NCBI GenBank assembly: GCA_963835295.1
Contig: CAWIEX010000012.1
Span: 646,089-678,088 of the forward strand
Reading direction: 5' to 3'
DNA: 32,000 bases
Source: an uncultured Actinomycetes bacterium
GTDB lineage: Bacteria > Actinomycetota > Thermoleophilia > Solirubrobacterales > Solirubrobacteraceae
Under the pieces are notes generated by a model. The model saw only the letters and a list, made by a program, of their open reading frames with translations. It did no database searches and had not been told where the DNA came from. A program made the position numbers and the translations under genes. Of this stretch, positions 24,718 to 31,958 are shown one piece after another (position 1 is the first letter of the stretch; every line of letters begins with the position of its first letter).

Positions 24718-26790
24718 ATGCGCACGCTCCTGATCGACAACTACGACTCGTTCACCTTCAACCTCTTCCACCTGCTGGGGGAGGTCAACGGCCAGGAGCC
24801 GATCGTCGTGCGCAACGACGATCTGGCCTGGGAGGAGCTCGCCGCGCTGCCGGTGGACAACATCGTGATCTCGCCCGGGCCCGGGCGTCCCGAGCACGAG
24901 GGCGACGTCGGCATCTCGCTGGAGGTGCTCCAACGCGCCGAGATTCCCGTGCTCGGCGTCTGCCTGGGCCACCAGGCGCTGGCCCACGTGACCGGCGGCG
25001 CGATCGACCATGCCCCCGAGGTCATGCACGGGCGCCTGAGCCCGATCCACCACGACGGGCGCGGCCTGTTCGCCGGCATCCCGCAGGGCTTCGCGGCCGT
25101 GCGCTACCACTCGCTGGTCGTGGGCGGCCTGCCCGCCGAGCTGCGCGTGACGGCGTGGACGCCCGACGACGTCGTCATGGGGCTCGAGCACGCGTCGCGC
25201 CCGCTGTGGGGCGTCCAGTTCCACCCCGAGTCGATCTCCACCGAGCACGGCCGCACCCTGCTGCGCAACTTCCGCGACCTCACGCGCGAGCGGCGGCGTC
25301 CCGCGGCGCGCGCGGCCCGCTCGCCCGCCCAACCGGCTGCCGGCACGCGCTTGCACCATCGCACGCTCGAGACGTGGTGCGATCCCGAGGCGGCGTTCGT
25401 GGCCCTCTACGGCGCGCGCGATCACGCCGTGTGGCTCGACAGCTCGCGCGTCGAGCGGCGGCTCGCGCGCTTCTCGTTCATGGGCGCCCCAGAAGGCCCG
25501 CTCGGCCAGATCGTGCGCTACGACGTCGCCGACGGGCTGCTCACGGTGCAGCGCGCGGACGGGCGCGAGGAGCTGCGCGAGAGCGTCCTGGACTACTGCG
25601 AGCGCGAGCTCGCTCGCCTGGGCGCCGACGCCTCCGGCGTGCCCTTCGACTTCACCTGCGGCTTCGCCGGCTACCTCGGCTACGAGCTCAAGGCCGAGCT
25701 GGGCGGAGAGCTCGTGCACCGCTCGGCGCTGCCCGACGCGGCGCTGCTGCTCTGCGACCGGCTGATCGCCTTCGATCACGCCGAGCAGCGCGTGCACCTG
25801 CTCGCGCTCGCGGACGCAGAGGGGGCCGCGCAGGCCGACGCCTGGCTGACCGCCACCGAGCGCGAGCTGCAAGGGCTCGCCGGCCGGCCGCCGCCGGCGC
25901 TTGCCGCCTCACCCGCCCCGCCCGCCCCGCTGTCGTTCGTCGCGCGAGACGATCGCGACGCCTATCTGGCCAACATCGCGGCCTGCAAGCACGAGATCTT
26001 CGAGGGCGAGACCTACGAGATCTGCCTGACCACCGAGCTGCACAGCGACGACGCGATCGATCCGCTCGCCGCCTATCGCGCCCTGCGCGCCCGCAACCCG
26101 GCGCCGCACGCAGCGCTGCTGCGCCTCGGCGACGTGTCGGTGCTCAGCTCCTCGCCGGAGCGCTTCCTGCGGGTCGATCGGGAGCGGGTGGTCGAGTCCA
26201 AGCCGATCAAGGGCACCGCCCCGCGCGCGGCCCATCCCGCCGAGGACGCCTACCGGGGCGCGGCGCTGGCGGCCGACGAGAAGTCGCGCGCCGAGAACCT
26301 CATGATCGTCGACCTCGTCCGCAACGATCTCGGCCGCGTCTGCGCGCTGGGCAGCGTGGACGTCCCGGCGCTCATGGCGATCGAGTCCTACGCCACCGTC
26401 CACCAGCTCGTGACGACCGTCCGCGGCCGGCTGCGCGACGATGCCACCGCGATCGACTGCGTGCGCGCCGCGTTCCCGGGCGGCTCGATGACCGGCGCGC
26501 CGAAGCTGCGCACGATGAAGATCATCGACCGCCTCGAGGCCGGCCCGCGCGGCGTGTACTCCGGCGCGCTGGGGTTCCTCTCGGTCAATGGCACCGCCGA
26601 CCTCAGCATCGTCATCCGCACGCTGGTGGCGTCACGCCACGGCCTGCAGATCGGGACTGGCGGCGCGATCGTGGCGGCCTCGGATCCCGACGCCGAGCAC
26701 GACGAGATGCTGCTCAAAGCGCGCGCGGTGCTCGCCGCGGTCGGTGGGGTGCTCGCCGTCGACAGCGAGCTCAGCACCGCCCGCCGATGA
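24718..26790 (+). CDS. pabAB: Aminodeoxychorismate synthase, fused glutamine amidotransferase (PabA) and chorismate-binding (PabB) domains
   Basis: Taken from ATG 24718 in track ORF 22807..26790. The GATase part is 'MRTLLIDNYDSFTFNL...GVCLGHQAL...VQFHPES'. The PabB part is 'SSPERFL...KPIKGT...EKSRAENLMIVDLVRND...HQLVTTV...FPGGSMTGAPK...PRGVYSGALG'. Confidence 0.88.
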   Translation: MRTLLIDNYDSFTFNLFHLLGEVNGQEPIVVRNDDLAWEELAALPVDNIVISPGPGRPEHEGDVGISLEVLQRAEIPVLGVCLGHQALAHVTGGAIDHAPEVMHGRLSPIHHDGRGLFAGIPQGFAAVRYHSLVVGGLPAELRVTAWTPDDVVMGLEHASRPLWGVQFHPESISTEHGRTLLRNFRDLTRERRRPAARAARSPAQPAAGTRLHHRTLETWCDPEAAFVALYGARDHAVWLDSSRVERRLARFSFMGAPEGPLGQIVRYDVADGLLTVQRADGREELRESVLDYCERELARLGADASGVPFDFTCGFAGYLGYELKAELGGELVHRSALPDAALLLCDRLIAFDHAEQRVHLLALADAEGAAQADAWLTATERELQGLAGRPPPALAASPAPPAPLSFVARDDRDAYLANIAACKHEIFEGETYEICLTTELHSDDAIDPLAAYRALRARNPAPHAALLRLGDVSVLSSSPERFLRVDRERVVESKPIKGTAPRAAHPAEDAYRGAALAADEKSRAENLMIVDLVRNDLGRVCALGSVDVPALMAIESYATVHQLVTTVRGRLRDDATAIDCVRAAFPGGSMTGAPKLRTMKIIDRLEAGPRGVYSGALGFLSVNGTADLSIVIRTLVASRHGLQIGTGGAIVAASDPDAEHDEMLLKARAVLAAVGGVLAVDSELSTARR

Positions 26791-27497
26791 CAGCGCTGCT
26801 CGCGGCCGACTCGTGGCTCGTCGCCGACGGCCGCGCGCGCGCCGTCGAGCGCCACTGGGCCCGCTTCACGGCGACGTGCCGCGAGCAGGGCGTCTCGCCC
26901 GACGAGCTCGCGGCCTTCCGCGCCGAGGTCGAGCGCGCGCTGCCGTCGACGGGGCGCTGGTTCCCGCGCATCGAGCTGCGCGCGGACGGCGAGCTGGCCC
27001 TCGAGCTGCGGCCGGCGGCGCCGCGCGAGCCGGCCGTCGTGGCCTGGGTGGCCGATGTGCCCGACCCGCGCGTCGCGCCGCGGCGCAAGGGGCCCGACCT
27101 GGAGCGGCTGGGCGCCCTGCGCGAGCGCGCCGCGGCGCACGGCGCCGGCGAGGCCGTGATCGCCGACGGCGACGGCCGGCTGCTGGAAGGTGCGTACACG
27201 AGCCTGCTGTGGTGGGAGGGGGAGACGCTGTGCGCGGTCCCCGACGACGCGCCGATCCTCCCCGGGATCACGCGGGGGCTGGTGATCGAGCTGGCGCGCG
27301 CACGCGACACGCCGATGGCGCAGCGCCGCCCCCGGCCGCGGGAGCTGGCCGGCCGGGAGACATGGCTGGTCAGCGCCCTGCACGGGATCCGGGCCGTGAC
27401 GCGGTGGGCCGGCGGCGTGCTGCCGGCGATCGATACGCCGCGCGCAGCCGCCTGGCAGCGCCTGCTCGACGAGCTCGGCCCCCGTCAGCGCGTCTGA
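26787..27497 (+). CDS. pabC: Class IV aminotransferase-fold protein, aminodeoxychorismate lyase-like
   Basis: ATG 26787 overlaps the pabAB stop (ATGA). Matching segments are 'GEAVIADGDGRLLEGAYTSLLWWEG...LPGITRGLVIELA...ETWLVSALHGIRAV'. The sequence is divergent, so the function is inferred largely from coupling to pabAB. Confidence 0.6.
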   Translation: MTALLAADSWLVADGRARAVERHWARFTATCREQGVSPDELAAFRAEVERALPSTGRWFPRIELRADGELALELRPAAPREPAVVAWVADVPDPRVAPRRKGPDLERLGALRERAAAHGAGEAVIADGDGRLLEGAYTSLLWWEGETLCAVPDDAPILPGITRGLVIELARARDTPMAQRRPRPRELAGRETWLVSALHGIRAVTRWAGGVLPAIDTPRAAAWQRLLDELGPRQRV

Positions 27498-27522
27498 GCG
27501 CGGTCACCAGCGGCGCCCGAGG

Positions 27523-27581
27523 GCGAACGAGCGGTACCCCTCTGCGAGCGAACGGCACCCCCGCGAGATTCGCTGCGAACG
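27523..27581 (+). repeat. Three direct copies of GCGAACG(G/A) spaced 25 and 27 nt apart, in the 176-nt gap upstream of the dehydrogenase operon
   Basis: GCGAACG occurs at 27523-27529, 27548-27554 and 27575-27581. The first two copies are followed by a C-rich tail (GGTACCCC, GCACCCCC) and the third by GCGCCGCAC. Confidence 0.4.
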
Positions 27582-27611
27582 GCGCCGCACGGACATACGA
27601 TCCGGCTGGGT

Positions 27612-27639
27612 CGAAAGGGAGCTGCAGTGCGCCCTTTCG
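27612..27639 (+). other. GC-rich hairpin (8-bp stem, 12-nt loop) between pabC and the dehydrogenase operon
   Basis: CGAAAGGG (27612-27619) pairs with CCCTTTCG (27632-27639). No U-tract follows. The hairpin ends 34 nt upstream of GTG 27674. Confidence 0.35.
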
Positions 27640-27673
27640 GTTACAGCTGAACAATCGACGCGAGGGAGCTTCC

Positions 27674-28120
27674 GTGAGCGACACTGCCGTCGACGTATCC
27701 AAGCTGGACCACCAGAACGGGGTGACGCTTGGTCGGATCCTCGGGCGTGGAACCGTCGGACAGGCTGAGGAGGGATCCGACGGCGTCATGCGCGCCACCA
27801 TCCGGATTCCGGAGGACGAGCTGGTGTACGAGCCCGGCGTCCTCGTCATGCCCCACGGAGGAACGCTCGAGCTCACGCTCATCAACGATGACAAGAACAC
27901 GCACTGCGCGGTGCTCCCGTGCAACGGCGACTACAAGTTCATCTGGTTGGTGAACCATTCGAAGGGCCAGGCGACCCTCGAGCTCGACGGCCCGGGGTAC
28001 TACTGGTACGGCTCGCGTTCGGGCAACGACGAGGGCCGGGGCCTGACCGCCGCGATCGTCGTGGGAGGCGAGACGCCACCCGAGGCTCGCCTGGACCGCC
28101 CGCCTCAGCCGCGCCCCTAG
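27674..28120 (+). CDS. Small cupredoxin-like beta-sandwich protein lacking the type-1 copper ligand set
   Basis: GAGGGAG lies 5 nt upstream of GTG 27674, in the frame of track ORF 26588..28120. 'YEPGVLVMPHGGTLELTLINDDKNTHCAVLP' follows the cupredoxin first-half pattern. 'GPGYYWYGSRSGNDEGRGLTAAIVVGG' follows the second half, but the Cys/His/Met ligand positions are replaced. The fold call is by eye only. Confidence 0.45.
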   Translation: MSDTAVDVSKLDHQNGVTLGRILGRGTVGQAEEGSDGVMRATIRIPEDELVYEPGVLVMPHGGTLELTLINDDKNTHCAVLPCNGDYKFIWLVNHSKGQATLELDGPGYYWYGSRSGNDEGRGLTAAIVVGGETPPEARLDRPPQPRP

Positions 28121-28163
28121 ATCGACCGCCCCGGCTCGACCACACCGTGAAAAGGAGTACCTG

Positions 28164-29852
28164 ATGGCAACCGAGTACGTAGACGCAGGGCAGGCCGTCG
28201 ACAACTCGACGCTGAGCGGCATCATCGGCCACGCACCGCCGGTGGCCAAGGGCGTCACCTACGAGCGCATCCTCAACGCCCGCTCCGAGCCGCACAACTG
28301 GCTCACCTACTACGGCGCCTACGACGGGCAGCGCTACAGCCCGCTCGACCAGATCAATGCGGAGACCGTCAAGCAGCTCAAGCCGGAGTGGATGTTCCAG
28401 TGCGGTTCGGTGGGCCTGCACTCGGGCGCCTCGACGTATTCGTTCGAGGCCTCCCCGCTCATCGTCGACGGCGTCATGTTCGTCTCGGGCTGGGACGGCT
28501 GGGTCTGGGCCCTCGACGCCCGCAACGGAGACCTGCTCTGGCAGTACCGCCATGCGTCGCCGTTCGACGTGTCGCTGTGCTGCGGCAACGTCAACCGCGG
28601 CGTCGCCGTGGCCGAGGGTAAGGTCTTCGTCACCACCCTGAACGCCCATGTCGTGGCGCTCGACGCCGAGAACGGCAAGGTGGTCTGGGATCAGGTCTAC
28701 GGCGACGTCCGCGCCGGTGAGAGCGCCACGGTCGCTCCGCTCATCGTCAAGGACATGGTCATCGTCGGAAGCTCCGGCGGCGAGTTCGGCGTGCGCGGCC
28801 ACGCGGACGCCTTCAAGCTCGAGACCGGCGAGCGCGTCTGGCGCTGCTACATGGTGCCCAAGCCCGGGGAGCCGGGCTCGGAGACCTGGCCCGCCGACGG
28901 CGAGGCCTGGGCGCGCGGCGGCGCGAACTGCTGGGTCACGAGCACCTTCGACCCCGAGCTGAACCTCCTGTACTTCGGCACCGGCAACCCGTGCCCGGAC
29001 TTCGACGGCGGCGTGCGCGAGGGCGACAACCTCTACACCGATTCGGGCGTCGCGGTGGACGTCGACAGCGGTGAGATCAAGGCCCACTTCCAGTACACCC
29101 CGCACGACCTGTGGGACTACGACTCCACGATGGAGCACATCCTGTTCGACCTCGACGGGCAGAAGATGGCGGCCCACTTCGACAAGAACGGGTTCCTCTA
29201 CATCCTCGACCGCACCAACATGGAGCCGATCCGGGTCGCGCCGTTCGTCGACCGCATCGACTGGGGCGAGGTCGACGAGAAGGGCAACGTGACACCGCTG
29301 CGGTTCCCCGAAGCGGAGGGCGACCCGGTCCACTTCTGGCCGGGACCGGCCGGCGCCAAGGAGTGGACGCACGCGTGCTACAACCCGAACACGGAGCTGC
29401 TCTACGTTCCGGTGCAGGACGTCGGCGCCACGGCCACGCGCCGGCGCAGGGAGTTCAAGGAGAGCATCCCGTACTGGGGAGCCGGCGTCGCGGTGGACCT
29501 CGAGGACATGGCGGGGTCGATCAGCGCCTTCGATCCGCGCACCGGTCAGGAGCGGTGGCGCTGGGCCAACGACATCCCGATGTGCTCGTCGGTGCTGACC
29601 ACGGGCGGCGGCCTCGTCTTCGCGGGCGAGCCGACGGGGGAGTTCAACGCGCTCGACGCCAGCAGCGGTGAGCTGCTCTGGAAGTTCCAGTGCGGCAGCG
29701 GCCACCACAGCAGCCCGTCGACGTACAGCATCGACGGACGGCAGTACATCGCCGTGCCGACCGGGTGGGGCGCCTGGACCGAAGGGTTCCTGCCGGGGAT
29801 GCTCGGAGCGGGGCAGGGCAGCTCGCTCATCGTCTTCGCGCTGCCGGACTAG
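28164..29852 (+). CDS. xoxF: PQQ-dependent methanol/ethanol-family dehydrogenase with lanthanide-type D-Y-D signature (XoxF/ExaF-like)
   Basis: 562 aa. AAAGGAG lies 6 nt upstream of ATG 28164. The eight-bladed propeller W-motifs are present. There is a vicinal Cys-Cys 'SLCCGNVNRG' (28578-28583) and 'TPHDLWDYDS' (DYD at 29115-29123). No hydrophobic N-terminal signal is present. Confidence 0.85.
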   Translation: MATEYVDAGQAVDNSTLSGIIGHAPPVAKGVTYERILNARSEPHNWLTYYGAYDGQRYSPLDQINAETVKQLKPEWMFQCGSVGLHSGASTYSFEASPLIVDGVMFVSGWDGWVWALDARNGDLLWQYRHASPFDVSLCCGNVNRGVAVAEGKVFVTTLNAHVVALDAENGKVVWDQVYGDVRAGESATVAPLIVKDMVIVGSSGGEFGVRGHADAFKLETGERVWRCYMVPKPGEPGSETWPADGEAWARGGANCWVTSTFDPELNLLYFGTGNPCPDFDGGVREGDNLYTDSGVAVDVDSGEIKAHFQYTPHDLWDYDSTMEHILFDLDGQKMAAHFDKNGFLYILDRTNMEPIRVAPFVDRIDWGEVDEKGNVTPLRFPEAEGDPVHFWPGPAGAKEWTHACYNPNTELLYVPVQDVGATATRRRREFKESIPYWGAGVAVDLEDMAGSISAFDPRTGQERWRWANDIPMCSSVLTTGGGLVFAGEPTGEFNALDASSGELLWKFQCGSGHHSSPSTYSIDGRQYIAVPTGWGAWTEGFLPGMLGAGQGSSLIVFALPD

Positions 29853-29876
29853 ACACCGAACGAAAGCGGTAGTGAT

Positions 29877-29902
29877 CTGCCACGTCCGCGAGGACGTGGC
29901 AG
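29877..29902 (+). terminator. Perfect 11-bp hairpin with GCGA tetraloop, 25 nt after the dehydrogenase stop
   Basis: CTGCCACGTCC-GCGA-GGACGTGGCAG. No clear U-tract follows, consistent with the tract-less terminator type common in high-GC Gram-positive bacteria. Confidence 0.55.
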
Positions 29903-29944
29903 GTCGCTTACCCAAAATCCCGACGAGGTGCTCACCAAGAAACC

Positions 29945-30478
29945 GTGGTCGGCAGTCTCTTCATCCTCGGATTTACGCTCAGCCTCGACAACTTCCGCAC
30001 GGCGATCGCGCTCGGAGGGCTCCAGTTCGGCTGGACCCGCGCCCTGCAGGTGGCCTTCGTGTTCGGGTTCTGCGATGCCGTCGCACCACTGGTCGGCATC
30101 CTGATCGGGGACTACTGGAGCGAGTCGATCGGCTCGACGGCCGAGTACGTCGGGGCGGCCGCGCTCGGCGCCTACGGCGTGTTTCTGATCATCCGTGCGT
30201 GGCGCACCGCGGCGACGGACGAGTTCGATCGCCCGTGGGCGGTGTTCGGCCTCCTCGTGCCGCTGAGCGCCGACAATGTCGTCGCCGGCACGAGCCTGGG
30301 TCTGCTCGGATACTCGCCGTGGATCGCCGCCCCGATGTTCGGTGCCATCACTTTCGTCATGGCGCTGGTCGGCCTGCAGATCGGGAGAGTGGCTTCTTCG
30401 GTCATCCGCATTCGTCCCGATCTCCTGACCGGGGTCGCGCTCGTCGTCATGGCCGGCATCCTGGGGCCGCGCGCATGA
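29945..30478 (+). CDS. mntP: MntP/DUF204-family membrane protein (putative divalent-metal efflux)
   Basis: 177 aa with a GTG start, strongly hydrophobic. Two DUF204-type repeats are present: 'FTLSLDNFRTAIALG' and 'LVPLSADNVVAGTSLG'. Confidence 0.65.
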   Translation: MVGSLFILGFTLSLDNFRTAIALGGLQFGWTRALQVAFVFGFCDAVAPLVGILIGDYWSESIGSTAEYVGAAALGAYGVFLIIRAWRTAATDEFDRPWAVFGLLVPLSADNVVAGTSLGLLGYSPWIAAPMFGAITFVMALVGLQIGRVASSVIRIRPDLLTGVALVVMAGILGPRA

Positions 30479-30486
30479 GCCGACGC

Positions 30487-31884
30487 CTAGGCGTGCTCGT
30501 GAGCAGCCATGCGCGTTGCGAGCTCGGTGAGCATCCGCACCCCGTAGCCGGTCGCCCCGCGACCGAACGCGTCGCCGCGATCCTCGTCGAGCAACGCCGT
30601 GCCGAGCATGTCGACATGCGCCCAGGGTCCTTCGCCCGCGAACTGCTGCAGGAAGGTCGCGGCGACGATCGGGAAGCCGAAGCTCTTCCCGGCGGTGTTG
30701 CGCAGGTCGGCGACGGTCGAATCGATGAGGGAGCGGTAGCGCGGATGCAGGGGCCAGGGCCACGCAAGATCGTCGCTGGCGTTCCCCGCCTCGACGACGG
30801 CGTCGCGCCACGAGTCGTCGGGTGCGAAGACGCCCGCGTAGAGGTCGCCCATGCCGGCGCGCATGGCGCCCGTCAGCGTGGCGAGATCGACGAGATGCGT
30901 GGCGCCGTCGCGGCGCGCCCACCACAGGGCGTCGGCGAGGATCAAACGCCCCTCGGCATCGGGGTTCGTGACCTCGACGGTGAGGCCGGCGGCGGTGGTG
31001 ATGACGTCGGTCGGTCGGATGGCGCTGGCGCTGAGCATGTTCTCGCAGGCCGGCACGACACCGGTGACCGCCAGCGGCAGCCCGAGCTCGGCGATCGCTC
31101 CCAGCGCGGCCAGGACCGCCGCGCCACCGGCCATGTCGGCCTTCTGGCGCACGATGTCCGCCTGCGGCTTGAGGAAGTAGCCGCCCGTGTCGAACGTGAC
31201 CGCCTTGCCGACGAGGGCCAGCCGGGGTGCCTGCGGTGCGCCGGCCGGCTCGTGGCGCAGCACGATGAGGCGCGGCTCGATCGGGCTGCTCCCGCCGACG
31301 GCGGCGAGCGCGCCGAGTCCGGCTTCGCCGGCCGCGATGGTCTCGACGGCGACACCCGGCACCGCGGCCGCCCGCTCTGCCAGCCCGGCGGGCGAGATCA
31401 CGTTCGCCGGCGCGTCGACCAGTTCGCGGGCGACGTTGGTCCAGCGCGCGACGAGGGCCGCGCGGGCGGCGACTGGCGCGAGCTGCTCGCCGACCCCGCA
31501 GATCACGAAGCGCTCGACGCCGCGCGGCGGCTCACCTCTGCGCCAGCGGCGTTCGTCGTAGCCGCCGATGACCGCGCCCTCGGCGAGTGCGTGCACCTGC
31601 TCCTCGAGGGAGAGGGGCAGGGACGCGTCGAGCGCCCACGCGACCGTCCCGCCGCCGCGGCACGCGCGTACCGCCCGCGCCGCAGCGGTCCGCAGCCCGT
31701 CGACGTCCGGCTGCAGAGCGACGACGGCGAGCGGGGCGCCGGCCGTGTACACCATCGCCACTGGATCGGCATCCGCAGTCGCGCGCTCCGGGGCACCAAG
31801 CTCCGCCGCCCGCGCTCCCACCGCGGCTGCGACGAGATCGGCCCCGATCGCGGACGGCTCGCCTGCACTTAGTTCGACATGCAT
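30487..31884 (-). CDS. pepA: Leucyl aminopeptidase (M17 family)
   Basis: 465 aa. Matching segments are 'LVGKAVTFDTGGYFLKP...MKADMAGGAAV...ENMLSASAIRPTDV...TVEVTNPDAEGRLILADAL...LVDLATLTGA'. Confidence 0.88.
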   Translation of the reverse strand: MHVELSAGEPSAIGADLVAAAVGARAAELGAPERATADADPVAMVYTAGAPLAVVALQPDVDGLRTAAARAVRACRGGGTVAWALDASLPLSLEEQVHALAEGAVIGGYDERRWRRGEPPRGVERFVICGVGEQLAPVAARAALVARWTNVARELVDAPANVISPAGLAERAAAVPGVAVETIAAGEAGLGALAAVGGSSPIEPRLIVLRHEPAGAPQAPRLALVGKAVTFDTGGYFLKPQADIVRQKADMAGGAAVLAALGAIAELGLPLAVTGVVPACENMLSASAIRPTDVITTAAGLTVEVTNPDAEGRLILADALWWARRDGATHLVDLATLTGAMRAGMGDLYAGVFAPDDSWRDAVVEAGNASDDLAWPWPLHPRYRSLIDSTVADLRNTAGKSFGFPIVAATFLQQFAGEGPWAHVDMLGTALLDEDRGDAFGRGATGYGVRMLTELATRMAAHEHA

Positions 31885-31921
31885 CGTGTGACAACAACCA
31901 ATCAGTGGTCGGATCGTTGGC

Positions 31922-31927
31922 TAGAAT
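31922..31927 (+). promoter_or_regulatory. Candidate -10 hexamer TAGAAT for the pqqA-like gene
   Basis: This is the only AT-rich stretch of the window (31885-31958). TAGAAT lies 31 nt upstream of the ATG and ahead of the AGGAGG Shine-Dalgarno sequence. I found no convincing -35 element. Confidence 0.3.
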
Positions 31928-31958
31928 TACGGCTGCTGGACTCTAATCAGGAGGCACC

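Noticed and set aside
24694-25872. The N-terminal extension of the 836-aa minus-strand ORF 23362..25872
   Set aside because: It is an antisense shadow of pabAB. GS-family homology begins near 'LAPEHLRLLRRRGIETVILAGADTHG', and I chose TTG 24693.
28164-29852. Calling the dehydrogenase a Ca-dependent MxaF-type methanol dehydrogenase
   Set aside because: The motif is D-Y-D, not D-Y-A, and no mxaI small subunit, mxaG cytochrome or mxaJ is present.
27939-29915. The 658-aa minus-strand ORF antisense to the PQQ dehydrogenase, and the 734-aa plus-strand ORF 29668..31872 antisense to pepA
   Set aside because: Neither has recognisable domains, both have Arg/Gly/Asp-rich composition, and the opposite strands carry strong family matches.
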